In this document: positions 28,078 to 41,420 of the stretch, in pieces | How the letters are laid out: each line of letters opens with the position of its first letter | How positions within the stretch are numbered: position 1 is the stretch's first letter | NCBI RefSeq assembly: GCF_009914755.1 | Contig: NC_060944.1 | Source: the human T2T-CHM13v2.0 reference genome, Homo sapiens | Strand: one strand, 5' to 3' | Length of the DNA: 64,000 nucleotides | Position numbers and translations under genes: made by a program | Notes under the pieces: generated by a model | Seen by the model: only the letters and a program-made list of their open reading frames with translations | Database searches by the model: none | Told to the model about the DNA's origin: nothing

Positions 28078-30398
28078 ATGAATAAAATTAATTGTGTGTA
28101 AGTTATACCACAATAAGGTTGATTTTTTTTTTTAAGTCAACCCAGACTATGCCCTGTGTCCTGGAGGCTGCAGAAGGGACAGTTTCAGAAGCACCTTGGT
28201 TCCCTACAAGGCAGTGCTAAAAATAAATATCAGGGATGGATTAAGCCTCTGTCAAGACAAAAGGTCTGGGCAGGCAAAGGATGAAGCCGAGATGCCTCTG
28301 CTTTGACAGGACTCTGCTCAGCATTTGTCACTGCGTGTTGCCGCATGCCTAGTGTCTTACCTCTGCAGTGGGAATAGTAAGTTCCTGTCCTGCCTCCCAG
28401 GCTGTGGTAAAGATCAAGTTGGTGAGTTCTTTAAAAAGGACGAAGCACTTTTTAAATTAGAAAACGTATTTGTTAGACTGAAGGTGTCTGTTTTACCTGC
28501 CTCTAGTGGAATTTATTCCCAGGCAATGTTTGAGAGGTGCTTTGGGAGGATGGGTGATGAGCGTGAGCCCAGTTTGTTCCAGCCTGTCACTCCTGGCCAT
28601 TGCCAAGTGCAGGGCAGTCCCTGGGTCTCAATAGGTCATTCGGTGAGCACCCTTTGGGCCCTAACTCTATACCTGGCCCTGGGTGATATGCTTTGTGGCA
28701 CACATTGATAATTGGGACACAATCCCCACTTTTAGAGGGTGCAAATCACTGTGATACAAGCACAGTGTGAGGAATGCCATGAGGGAGGCTCGGGCACAGT
28801 GCTGGGGAACAGGGGTCTGAGCAGTTCATGTCACAAGGAGGTTTCTTGAGAGCCATGGCATTCAGGGGCCTGGTAAAGAAGCTGCCTTCTCCTTAGGATG
28901 AGCCTTTCTTTCTCCCCAGCATCACCATATCACTATTGAACAGCTATTTGGTGCTAGGCACTGTACAAAAGTGAACCCCAAATTGAGTCTGTGGTTGTCT
29001 TCATTCTTCTGTTCATTAAACATCTAATGGGTCCTTTTTGTGTGTCGGGCGCTGTGCCGAGAGTGGAGCACGGTGTGAAAGAGCCGCTGCTGTGAGGTTG
29101 CTCCGTGTCTGGTGGACAAGATCAACAGCAAATGGCCTGTTAGCTTACTGAGACTGATCAAGGTAGCCCTGGGGCTGAGGGAACGCAGAGGAGCACCTAC
29201 TCCATCCTTGGTCTGGAAGAGATCCTCAAGGAGGTGATGTTTGAGCTGAGCCTGAGTCTTTAGGAGAAATTCATAGGTGAAGGAGGAGAAAGCAGGAGAT
29301 GGAAAGGTGTTAAGAGCAGAGGGAAAAGCGTGTGTGCAGAGAGGCGCAGAGGAAGCAGTGGCACATGTTTGGGCAGCTGCTCAGTGGCTGGAGAGCAGGG
29401 ACTGTGGAGAGTCATCCAATTCCCATGTAAGGAAGGGAAACAGGAAGAGACTTGTTAATTCAGCCCAGCAGTCTCCCCACAACCTCTGGGGATGGCCTCA
29501 TGGGTGTGCAGGGCCTCCAGAGCTAAAACTGTTTGAGAGAAGGCTTCTGTGCTGTCCATACCAGGCCCCTCCCCAGAATTCAGCCTTGCTCCAGGCGGGC
29601 TCCACTGGCTGCCTACAGACAGGCCAACCCTTGGCTTCCCCATGGCCCTCGCCACCAAGATCACACAGCCCTGCTAATTAGTTATTGATCTGGTATTTTG
29701 TTGTGGCTGCGCTTCCCACTCCTGTGTTTAGTCGATTCCCAAGTTAATGAAGCTGGATTCTGTACCGCCCCCCTTCCCCCCCATCACCTCTCTGTGTTCC
29801 CACTGCTGCTACTCCAACGGAATGGCTCCAGACAAAGACCACTGAAAACGAGCCGCACTCCTGCTAACAGGAAGACAGCGGAGAAGCAGGTGGGAGGAAT
29901 ATTCCCCCTGGAATCAGCTGCAGAGGACGCCTGTTGCCTTTGTTGGGTCAGGTCTCCTGCGGCCCAGCATTTTCCATGGTGGCCTGAAAGCCAACTGTGG
30001 CATGAGGGCGATGTGGATCAAAGAGCTTCTTCCACCGTCACAACCCTGTGTCTCTGGGTGGGCCTGTAGGGTAGCAGATGGTAGTCTGGGAAAAACCACT
30101 TCTTCCTTTCTGGGTAATTTTTATTCAGTCATTTAACTCCTCTCAGCTTCCATTTCCTTAAAATAGGCATTCTGTTGTATCTTTCCAGGGTATTGGGAGG
30201 ATCCAGTTGGATGCTCTGTGAAACTTCTTTGAAAACAGTAAAATAGTATAAGAAGGAATCATGGGTTTGCTATTACTCTTAGGGAGGGACTGGGATCCAG
30301 GACAATCTGGAATGGGGTTTCAGATGTGGAAAAAATTACCATTCTGCTCCCCTGCCCATGTTTGTATTAAATGAAACTGTTCATGAGAGCATCAGAAT

Positions 30399-31798
30399 AA
30401 GGGGTTGATATCCAGAATATATAAAGAACTCCTACAACTCAACAATGCAAAAACAACCCAATTTACAAATGGGCAAGGAAGTTGAATGGACATTTCACCA
30501 AAGAAGATATACAAATGGCCAATGTGCACATGAAAACATACTCAATATCCACTGATCATTAGGGAAATGCAAATCCAAACTGCAGTAAGATACTACCTCC
30601 TACCTATTAGAATGGCATGATTTAAACACACAGAGAAAATAACAGGCGTTGGCCAGGATGTGGAGAAATGAGAACCTTTGTGCATTGCTGGTGGGAATAT
30701 AAAATGGTACGGCCCCTGTGAAAAACTGTGGCAGTTCATCAGAATTTAAACAGGGAGTTCCCGTATGATCCAACAGCTCCACTCCTGGGTTTCTGTGCAA
30801 AAGAACTGAAAGCAGAGACCCTAAGAGATATGTGTACACCCATGTTCATAGCGGCATTATTCACGATAGCCAGAAGGTAAAAACAACACAAATAGGCATT
30901 GACAGATGACTAGACAAACAAAATGTGGTATCTGCATACAACAGAATATTATTCAGCCTTCAAAAGAAAGGAAATTCTGACACATGCTGCATCATTAATG
31001 AACCTTGAAGGATATTATGCTAAGTGAAATAAGCCAGTTGCAAAAGGACAAATGCTGTATGATTCCACTTAGATGAGGTGCCTAGAGTAGTCAGATTCAT
31101 AGAGACAGAAAGTAGAATGTGGGTTGCCAGGGCCTGGTGGGAGGAGGGAAGGGGGATAGGGTAGTCGAATTCACAGAGTTGGAAAGTAGAATGTGGGTTG
31201 CCAGGGCCTGGAGGGAAGAGGGAAGGGGGAGTTGCTGTTTAATGGCTGCAGAGTTTTGGCCGGGGATGATGGGGTCATTCTGAAGATGGATGGTGGTGAT
31301 GGTTGTACAACAGTGTCAGTGTACTTAATGCTACTCAACTGTACACTTAAAATGGCTAAAATAATATGTATATTTTGCCACAGTTTAAAAAATAAAAATA
31401 TTTTTAAATGGTTGAAATGGTAGATCTTATGTACAGATGCTCCTCAGCTTCACATGGGGTTATGTCTTAATAAACTGTAAATCAGATATACCGTAAGTAA
31501 AAAATGCATTGATTACACCTAACGTCCCTAACATTGTAGCTCAGCCTCACCCACCTCAAACGTGCTCAGAACACTAACACTAGCCTACAGTTGTGCAAAA
31601 TCATTTAACACAAAGCCTATTTTATAAGGAAGTGTTGAATATCTCATGTAATTTCTTGAATACTGTACTGAAAGAAACAATTCAAAGTGCAGCTTCTTCT
31701 GAATGTGTATCACTTTGCATCATCATAAAGTCGAAGTGTCATAAATTGAATGTAAGTCAGGGTCCATCTGTATATTTTACCACAATTAAAAAAAAAAT
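30399..31798 (+). mobile_element. L1MB-like 3' fragment
   Basis: atccagaatatataaagaactcctacaactcaac...cccatgttcatagcggcattattcac...tattttaccacaatt. Confidence 0.88.
31434..31770. mobile_element. Tigger4/Zombi-type (TcMar) MITE inserted in L1
   Basis: TA|cagatg...catctg|TA termini. Internal aaaatgcatt..tacacctaac and ctcagaacactaacactagcctacagtt. Confidence 0.82.
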
Positions 31799-32276
31799 CA
31801 AAGACAGCTTTTAAGGGGGATAGAAGCCTCAAACTGGCAGCCTGTGGCCCATTTAGAAGATTAGAGCAGCAATTCAGTCGTGTTGGCTTGGGGCCTGGGA
31901 CTTTATGGGATCCAGGGGCTTATAAGCACCCCCAAGCCTTTCTTAGGACCTTAGTACCGACTGGTGTAGCTACTACCTGTTCCTCTGGGTTACTGCCCGG
32001 GTGTCCAGTAGAACCCCCCAGGGGGTGGAGCCAGGGTAATGGCCCCCAGCCTCTGCCCAGATAGTAATTTTCCATTCTAGTCCTGCCCTAGCATCTCAGC
32101 TGGGTTTGGACCTTCTTTCTTGGTTTGGGGGGAGCATAGCAGGTGTCCTGGGCCTATGCCAGCAGCAGCTGATCTACCCGCCCCAGAAGAGCCGAACACC
32201 ATGAGGAAATTTCCACAGCTTTCTCGCCCCCTGCCCTCCGTCTTCTCAGGAGTGACTTATCCTCTGTTCTCTGTAG

Positions 32277-32444
32277 GTTTTCTTTTCCTCTGCCTGCAGC
32301 ATTGCCGTGGATGCCACCCTGAGAAAGAAAGCTGAAAAGTTCCAAGCTCACCTGACCAAGAAGTTCCGGTGGGACTTTGCTGCGGAACCTGAGGACTGTG
32401 CCCCGGTGGTGGTGGAGCTCCCTGAGGGCATCGAGATGGGCTAA
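32277..32444 (+). CDS. AAR2: AAR2 exon 4 coding part ([55 protein letters not shown])
   Basis: Acceptor ctctgtag|GTT, 55 codons + TAA. Total 384 aa, matching the length I recall for human AAR2. Confidence 0.95.
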   Translation, partial: VFFSSACSIAVDATLRKKAEKFQAHLTKKFRWDFAAEPEDCAPVVVELPEGIEMG

Positions 32445-33608
32445 CTCGGGGAGCGCTCTCAGCTGCGAGGGGCCCCTTCCCACAGGGCTGCAGTCCTGGC
32501 CTCTCCATTTACTTCTTCCCATCCTGGGACCTGCCAGGGCAGCAATCTCTCCAGGTCCTGCAAAGATGGAGCCAGAATTCCCTTTTTCACTGATAAATAT
32601 ATTTCTTCATTGCCAAAGAGGCTGTACCCATCCTGAAGGCACATTTGTGGGTTCCCCATCAGCCAGGCCTTGGTGCTAACCTGGCTGAATTTCACACAGG
32701 CTCTTACACACACACGCTCCTAGGAGACATCTGCCTACACGGCAACCATATTTCCTCTGAATGAGAAGGAATTGAACCAAAAGTCCAAGAAAGAACTGAT
32801 TGCTTGTTCCATAGGAGCTTAGGAAACAAGAAACCCTGGATTGCCCAGGGGGTCTGAGAAGTTGGTTGGTGACTTTTTTTGCGGTTAAATGAAGGGTGAT
32901 GGGGAGATCAGCCCGAATTGCCGCCTGCCTCTTGCTAAATAGGAGCAGAGGACTTGGCCTGCAGCTCCTTGGGAGCCCTTGATTGGGAAGAGAGTTTCAA
33001 GGGAGGCAGCTGGATTCAATCTAGCAGGTGGTCAGCTTCAGCTTTCTCCATCGAAATCCCATTCTCCTGTCCAGAGGCCCAGTGGGTCATCTCCCAAGGT
33101 GGGTGTGGACCCTGGCCTCAGAGGCCTTGCTGGTGCTGTCACCTCCCACCTGTTCCATTCCGAGGCCTCACCCAGAAGTGGGACCCTCCCCTTCCTCACC
33201 AGAGCCACCGTGACTGTTTCTGATGACCTGGAGAGTCAACAACAACCAGAAAGGTTTCTGCCCAGAGCAGGCTTCTTAAGGCCTTTACGAAGTTTTGTGC
33301 CTTCCAAGTGCTGAAGAAGACCTGGTCAGCCTAAATCTTCCCAGTCCCGCTGTGGAGCTGTCAGTCACCGGAGTAATGAGCTCCTGGTTCCTCGGGAGTC
33401 CTTCGTGCTGTGTGGCAGGGTTCCTCTCTAGACAAGTACACAGGCCCTGCCACCCTGACATCAAACTGTTGTACTATGATCACAGTCCCTGTGCCATCCT
33501 TTTCCAAGACTGGGGCTCACACCATGTTTTTGAATGAGAATCCCTGCTGGTTGAGACTTTTGCTTCCACTTGTTTCCTTGGAGATGTTTTTCCAAGAGCA
33601 TAATGTAC

Positions 33609-33614
33609 ATTAAA
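33609..33614 (+). terminator. AAR2: AAR2 polyadenylation signal (ATTAAA); 3' UTR 32445-~33632
   Basis: ATTAAA with TGTA at 33604 and a GT-rich downstream element (tgtgtgtgtgtgt ~33639-33651). Confidence 0.85.
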
Positions 33615-33944
33615 GTCTTCGAGTTGAGACAATCCCCTTGTGTGTGTGTGTCTCTTGCAGTTAATCCGCCTGATCTCCAGAGCAGCCAGGCTACTGTCCA
33701 TAGACACACACCTCCCTCCAGTGTATGGGAGACTTGCCCAACCTCTGGAGTCTGGAAGAGGCAGGCAGCCAGTGTTCCTCCTGTTCCTCTTGAGGCCCCT
33801 GAGACAGGCACACAAGGAAGAAGGGATGAGGCCCCATGTCTCAATAATAACCCAAGAATCACCTGATATGAATTGGCTCCTCTTTTTCTCCCAAAGCCCA
33901 CTCATCAGAACTAGCTGGGGAGCTTGTGAAAACTGTATCTTTAA

Positions 33945-34585
33945 AGGAGTGAAGTCCTGATACATGCTACAACACGGATGAACCTTGAGAATGTGCTAAG
34001 TCAAAGACACAAGGACCACCTATTATGTGATTCCATTCACGTGGCATGTCCACTAGAAACAAATCCACAAAGAGGGAGAGTCAATTAGCGGTTACCAGAG
34101 AATAAGACAGTATGGAATGGCAGTGACTGCTGATGAGTCTGGGATTTCTTTTTGGGGTGATGAAAATATTCTGGAATTAGATGGTGGTGATAGTTGTACA
34201 ACCTTAAGAATTTACTAAAAACCACTGAAAGTAAGCACTTGAAAATGATTAATTTTGGCCGGGCGCGGTGGCTCATGCCTGTAATCCCAGCACTTTGGGA
34301 GGCCGAGGTGGGTGGATCATGAAGTCCGGAGATCAAGACCATCCTGGCTAACATGGTGAAACCCCGTCTCTACTAAAAATACAAAAAAAATTAGCCGGGC
34401 ATGGTGGCGGGCCCCTGTAGTCCCAGCTACAGGCTGTGGCAGGAGAATGGCGTGAACCTGGGAGGCGGAGCTTGCAGTGAGCCGAGATCGCACCACTGCA
34501 CTCCAGCCCGGGCGACTGAGCAAGATTCTGTCTCAAAAAAAAGAAAAAAAAAGATTTTTATGGTATGTAAATTACATCTCAATAA
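33945..34585 (+). mobile_element. L1M 3' fragment inserted in MER5A (33905-34690) and itself carrying an Alu
   Basis: gatacatgctacaacacggatgaaccttgag...aaattacatctcaataa, flanked by MER5A halves. Confidence 0.75.
34257..34552 (+). mobile_element. AluY-like
   Basis: gagaatggcgtgaacc, ggagcttgcagtgagccgagatcg. Confidence 0.92.
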
Positions 34586-34839
34586 TTTCTGAAAATGCAG
34601 ATTCCCAAGTCCCATCCTGCAGAAATTCTGAAGCAGCAAATCCAGATGGGACCTGAGTTCTGAGGCACACTCAGTTTTAAGTAACATTACCTGTAAGTGA
34701 CAGCATTGCGATTAGTACCTGGAGCTTCCCTGGGACAGAATTTGTCTCCCATCAGGGCAGTACCTGAAAGTTGGATCATGTAACCTTGTTCTCCAAGCAT
34801 GTCAGTCAGTATTCCTGTGTTTACACAGATACACGCCCC

Positions 34840-34841
<2 letters not shown>

Positions 34842-34880
<39 letters not shown>
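34842..34880. repeat. (CA)n microsatellite
   Basis: Direct reading. Confidence 0.95.
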
Positions 34881-34883
<3 letters not shown>

Positions 34884-35267
34884 AACAGGTTAAACAAAAC
34901 TAGCTACTGTTTACCAAGGGCTCTGTTCTGTTACTTCACTGAAATCCTCAGCAATATGTGGTAAGTACTCCAACTATCCCCATTTTGCTGATGGGAAAAT
35001 GGGCTCAGCTGAAATCACTCTGCCAGGGTCACAGCCAGTGAATACTGAGAACAAGAGTCAGGCCCATGCCTCTGGTGTCCACAGCCCACTCTGCCGCTTC
35101 ATTCACAGCTCCGATTTCCTTCCTTGCTGGCCCCACGTGTCCAGGGCAGCCTTCCCCTCTGCCCTGCTCCCAGCCTTGGCCCTGCTGCCAGCCAGCCGTG
35201 TGATCTTGAGCAAGCTGCTTGTTTTCTCTGAGCCTCAGCTCCTCGCATGAAATAAGAGTTGGCTTGG

Positions 35268-35622
<355 letters not shown>

Positions 35623-37366
35623 TTAAAAGTTGACCCTTGTGTTATTTTAAATGTTTTGAAAACGGAAACTACATTTATACAGGATAATATGGCTGGGCTG
35701 CCAAAAAAAAAATAGGTCTCTTTTGTTTGGGGCTGCAGTGACATCCACTTTAGGTCTTCTCCTGCTCGTCCCAACGGGCAGTCCTCTGTATGTCTTTGAT
35801 GAATAAGAAATGTGAAAACAGATTAATTATTACTTAATACTTACAGTATTTTTGGAAGGCAGACGCTTTCGGAACAGAACCAGTGGTGTTGCTGATCTCA
35901 CGCTCCCTTCCAGCTCTAACACATCTACGTGTGAAGCTATTGGCAGGACCTGGCCTGATTTAAAAACCCTCTCAAATGCAGGCCTCATGGGGTCTATCTC
36001 TTATTTGCAAGGCTGGCTCATCCTATTAGCAGAATCAGCAGAGGTAGCGACTTTCTAACCCCTTCCGCTGTCCCCATGACAAACCCTCCCTGCTGTGAGC
36101 CTCCCTCGTTCCCATCGAATTTCTCACCACTTGAGCAGTGGAAGAGTTCCCCACTGTTGACTGCCTCTTACCATTATCTCCCCACCATCATCCCCTTGTA
36201 AATATTCCTTAATATTCCCAGGGCACTGGGACATGCTGGTCTCTCCAACTAATCAGACTTTGGCTTGACTGAGATGCTGTCCCCTGCTGACATGGGGGCT
36301 GAAAATGCAGAGTGAATGCCACGGTCAAGGCCAGCACTGAGTCACGTCCGCCAGATTGAAATCAGGACCATACTCCTTTCAGGGGAAGGCTCACCTGAGC
36401 TACCCAGTAATCCGGGAGCCCGTGTGGTCCTGCAGCTCTGCAGACGCTGCTTCTCTTTTCAGTCCCCCGCTGACTGTAGATGGCACTTCCCCACCTCAGA
36501 TTCACTGGATCTGGCCTGGACAGGCTTTGTTTCTGTTAGAGCTTTCTAGACCCTTCCATCTTCAGAGCATCCAAGGTCTCCGGTACTGGCTAGTTATCCC
36601 CCAACCCTGGGCTCCTGGACGGGCCTCCCTGCTGAGAGATGGGCTGAGTGGTGGGATGAGAGTGGGAAATAATGTCAGCTGCTCACTACTGGGGGGCAGG
36701 GTGCGCAGGCATTCATCTGGCACTCAGCTCCCCCTGTCCCCTGCCCCACCACCACCCCACCCACCCCCAGCCTGCCAGGCCTACTCTCATGTGTCCTGGA
36801 TCTGTGTCGACTCCCTCGATTTCTCTGGAAAATAGGAATCCTGAGCCTTGTCAGGCTGACAGCTGCTTGGTGGGAGGAGGCAAAAAATAGGGGCGTCTCA
36901 GTTGCATTGTCCAGTGTCAGGTGGCCCTGCCCTAAAGAAACTCAACATTTCCCTCTTCCCTGGGTCTTTGTCTTGCTGCTTCTCTCTCCTGATTTCTCCC
37001 TCTTCCCTCTGTCCACTTCCAAAAAGTGCACCTGGCTCAGGTCTGGCCTCTCACTTCTAAGGGATGACAGATGGAGTTACATCTTCAGGAGAGCCCGCCT
37101 GCAGTGAGGAGCGTTGGAGAAAAATGTAGGACCTTCACCCAAGAACAGAGGTGGGAGGGCTGGCCTAAGGAGGAGGTCTCCACATACTCGAGAGTGTAGA
37201 GTGGGGACCCGGGGAGAAGCCACAGGGTGGCTGAGGTCAGCTCCATGCCTGTGGCACTCAGGGACCACAGTAAGCTAACATCCTCGTGGGGGAGCCACAC
37301 AGTAAGCATGCTAAGTAGACTGCAGAGTGGGCCCATCCTGAGAAATGCTCCTGGGAAACAAAATAG

Positions 37367-37718
<352 letters not shown>

Positions 37719-38049
37719 GAGATGCTGCAATTTAAAGGGGGTGGCATTTGGACAAAGATTTAAAGGTGAGCAAGTGAGCCATGTAGGGGTCTAGAGAGTG
37801 TTCCTGCAGAACAAACGGCGAAGGCAAAGGCCCTGGGGCAGGAGCCTGTCTTTTGTATTGGAGGAGCATCAGGGGGTCAGGGTCAGTAGGCAGGAGTGGG
37901 GTGACCAAAGACGAGAATACTAGGAGAGGAAACCAGGGACCAGGTTGTCCAGGGCCTATAGGCTGTTGTAAGACCTGTCCATTTTATCAGCGAAATGGGC
38001 ACACGGTTGAGGGTTTCAAGCAGAAGCGTGTCATGACCTGACTTCCATG

Positions 38050-38218
38050 TTTTTGCTTTTTTTTTTTCGAGATGGGGTCTCACTATGTGGCCCAGGCTGG
38101 GGTGCAGTGGCTATTCACAGGCGCTGTCACTGCGGCCTACAGCCTTAAACTCCCAGAGTCAAGTGACCCACCTCAGCCTCCTCAGTAGCTGGGACTACAG
38201 GCATGAGCTACACCCAGC
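38050..38218 (-). mobile_element. FAM (antisense) within L2
   Basis: gtgcagtggctattcacaggcg diagnostic segment. TSD ctgacttc. Confidence 0.8.
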
Positions 38219-38812
38219 AGCTGACTTCTGTTTGTAACAGGATCCCAAGCTGCTGTGTCGGACACAGACTGCAGGGGGTAAGTAAGGGTGGAAGCAGAAG
38301 GACCGCTAAGGAGCTAGTGTGACAATCCAGGTGAGAGGCAGCAGTGACTCAGGCCACAGTCGTGTCGGGTGCAGGCTGTGCTGTACCATGATTCAGAAGA
38401 TGGATCCAAAGGGATGTCTTTGATGGTCCCTTCTAGCCTGATAGGCCCCACTTCCCCAGGGTCGCAGATCTGGGCAGAATGCCAACTTGTTGGGCCCGCA
38501 CCCGCACAGGAGTTACCTCTTGACTGTCCCATCATGGGGTGTGTTGAACCTTCCTATTCTCAGATGTCCATGGTACATTTGGGGAGGTGGGGCAATGAGG
38601 AAGGATTGGGAGGGCTGTCACGGGTTTTCTGGGTGATGGGGTGGCAGTGGAGGACTTGAAGTGGCTCTGTTGAGAAGCAGTGGGTGAGTCAGGGCCCCCT
38701 GATAGACTGTGGTTGCACCATCAGCACCTGTGCGGATGTTCTTACTGCTGATGGGCAGTGAGGATGGTCCCACTTACTGTTCAGGTGTCCATACGACTAA
38801 AAGGGAATTGAG

Positions 38813-39111
38813 GGCCACCGCCGTGGCTCGCACCTGTAATCTCAGCAGTTTGGGAGGTTAAGGCGGGCAGCTCGCTTGAGCTCAGGAGTTCGAGACCAGC
38901 CTGGGCAACGTGGCGAAACACCATCTCTACAAAAAATTTTAAAGTTAGCCAGGCATGGTGGCACACACCTGTAGTCCCAGCTACTCAGGAGGCTAAGGCA
39001 GGAGGATTGTTTTGAGCCCAGTAGGTTGAGGCTGTGTGAGCTATGATCACGCCACTGTTCTCCAGCCTGGGTGAAAAAGCAAGACCCTGTCTCAAAAGAA
39101 AACCCCAAAAA
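38813..39111 (+). mobile_element. AluJ
   Basis: Dimer. Confidence 0.87.
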
Positions 39112-39879
39112 ACAGGAGTTGAGGGCATGTGAATTCTCTGTCGGTACTAATGGTTCTTGGTTGGAATCATTCATACACCCACTTCTGCCACGGAACTTCC
39201 TGGACGTAGAGGTGATTACTAAGAGCCGGTGTGTGTTGGGGGCTTCCCTCCTGGCTGCCGGGCACTATGTTAGGCCCTTTACTTGCCTTCCTCAGTCTGG
39301 AGCACCAGCTCTCCAGGGAAGGCCTCATCCTTCCTCGTTGTCCAGACAAGGAAGAAGGAAGCCAAGGCCCCGCAAGGTGAAGGGACTTCCCGGAAAGCAG
39401 AGGCTGCTGAGCCCGCCTGGAGTTGGAGCCCAAGCCTGTGAATCTCACCCCGCCCTTGCCACCATGCAGCGCTCCTCAACAAAGATGGTTACTTAATCCA
39501 AGGTCATCACCAGTGGATCCGAGGCTGCAGCCTGGCAACTGGCAGTATCAGTCACTTACAAGGGTGGCAGGCAGGACCCACTGGCCTCTGGGGTCATGAC
39601 ACTTTGCTGATATTTCCACCCAGACCCTTTGTGTCTGCGTCTGGGCCTCTGGAGACACCGGACTGACCTGGCCCAGAGCAAGGTGGTACCTGCGGGTGGG
39701 GTTGCTTCTGATCTGGAAGGAGCCTGCCTCTGCCCTCCTTGAGGACAACGAGGGCCAGTGAGGGGCCACTCAGGGTGGAATGCCCGAGCAAAGGCCTCCC
39801 TCCTCTCACCCATCCCTGTCCTACCAGAACTGCTGTTGATTTTTGCAAAAGGCATTTTCTTTAGAAAGAGATGCTACAC

Positions 39880-40028
39880 ACAGGTATGGTGGCTTACACG
39901 TGTAATCCCAGCACTTTGGGAGGCCAAGGTGGAAGGATCACTTGAGCCCAGGAGTTTGAGACTAGCCTGTGCAACGTGGTGAGACCCCTTCTCTAGAAAA
40001 AAAATTTTTTTTTAATTAAGAAAAAAAA
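39880..40028 (+). mobile_element. FLAM / Alu left monomer
   Basis: Left-arm sequence only, plus tail. Confidence 0.8.
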
Positions 40029-41189
40029 GATGCTGCAAAAGCGAAGCCCCTGAGGGGCTGACTCAATGACCAACCATCCTCTGGATAGGCCTCGCCTCAG
40101 CTGCCCGCCCTGTGAATCAATAAGCGAGACACTGTCACTCCAAATACAGCAGCCTGAAAGCAGGAGTGGGATAGGGCTAGTTAGAGGAGCTCTCTGTGGT
40201 CCGCTTGAATGAAGAAGACGACACCATTATTCATTTCCCTTTTGGAAATTGTCTATTCATGTCCTTTGTCCCTTTTTCTCTTAGTGTCCTCATATGTTTT
40301 TGAAACTGTATTTATCATATCACAAATACATTAATATGATAAATATTTCCCCCAGTTTGCCATTTGCTTTTTAATGTTTTGATTTTGAAATGTATGCTTT
40401 ATTTTTTATATTACGTATGTCGAGCTTTTTCCTTTTGATTTTTTCCCCATTGCTTTAATGCTTAAAAGTCCATTCTCATCTTAAGACGAAATGTAATTAA
40501 TCTATATTTTGTTCCAGTTTTTCTTAGTGTTTTTTTTTTTTATTTTTTATTTTGCCATAGTCAAAATCATGTTTCCTCAGCCCCACCTGCTCCAGGACCA
40601 CTGCCACCTTTCATGCCTCACATCTGTCCTCGATTTTTCCTCTCCTATTAAGTCCTAGCATGCTGCCTCACACCTCCATCCTCATCCCCTCCTTGGACAT
40701 CAAGGGCTTCTCACAAACCTTCCTGACCCCTCCCGGCATTTGCAGTCAGAAGAACCACATACGTGGCTGGCTCTGGGTGTCAGAGTCTGGTGGAGCGGAG
40801 TGTTTTTCTTATTGCTTCTCAGGGACTAGAATCGTCTGCTCAAGATTCTGCATGTCCATACTTGGAAGGTCATTGATTGGAAGATTCCCCCCTCCTCTCT
40901 GTCCTTGCACTAAAGGCCCCTACAATAAGGGTTGCTGTTATTTTAGATTTCATAGTCCATTTCTGTTCACCTCTTTTCTGATGTCAGGCCTCCTTTGCTT
41001 TCAGGACAACTTTTTCTGCTCCCTGTCATCTTTGGTGGGACTGCCAATCACAGTACCTCACCCCATCCTTCCACTCACCGGGACAGACACACAACTCTAG
41101 CTAGGCCACCTGGCATCTTCCCTGGGATGCTTCTTCAAGAAGGCGCAAAAGGACCCCACTTGCTTTTAGAGCTGTGGCTCTAGAGGACT

Positions 41190-41420
41190 CTCAGTTAGAT
41201 CTACTAGGGGTCATCATCCCCGTCACAGAAAGCCCTCGTACCTGAAATGAGGATGAGCCCAACACAGAAGGAAGCTGAGCTGAGAGACAAGAGCAAGAGA
41301 AGCCAAGAAAAATATCTGAAGCACCTGGATCCAGCCTTGCCTGCATCCCGCAATCCCCAGGCTTCCTCCTACATAAGCCAATACAGTACCTTTTAATTTG
41401 AGCCCCATTATGAAAGGTTT
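41190..41420 (+). mobile_element. MLT1 (ERVL-MaLR) LTR 3' part
   Basis: gcacctggatccagcc...acataagccaata...aagaatcctga. Confidence 0.6.
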
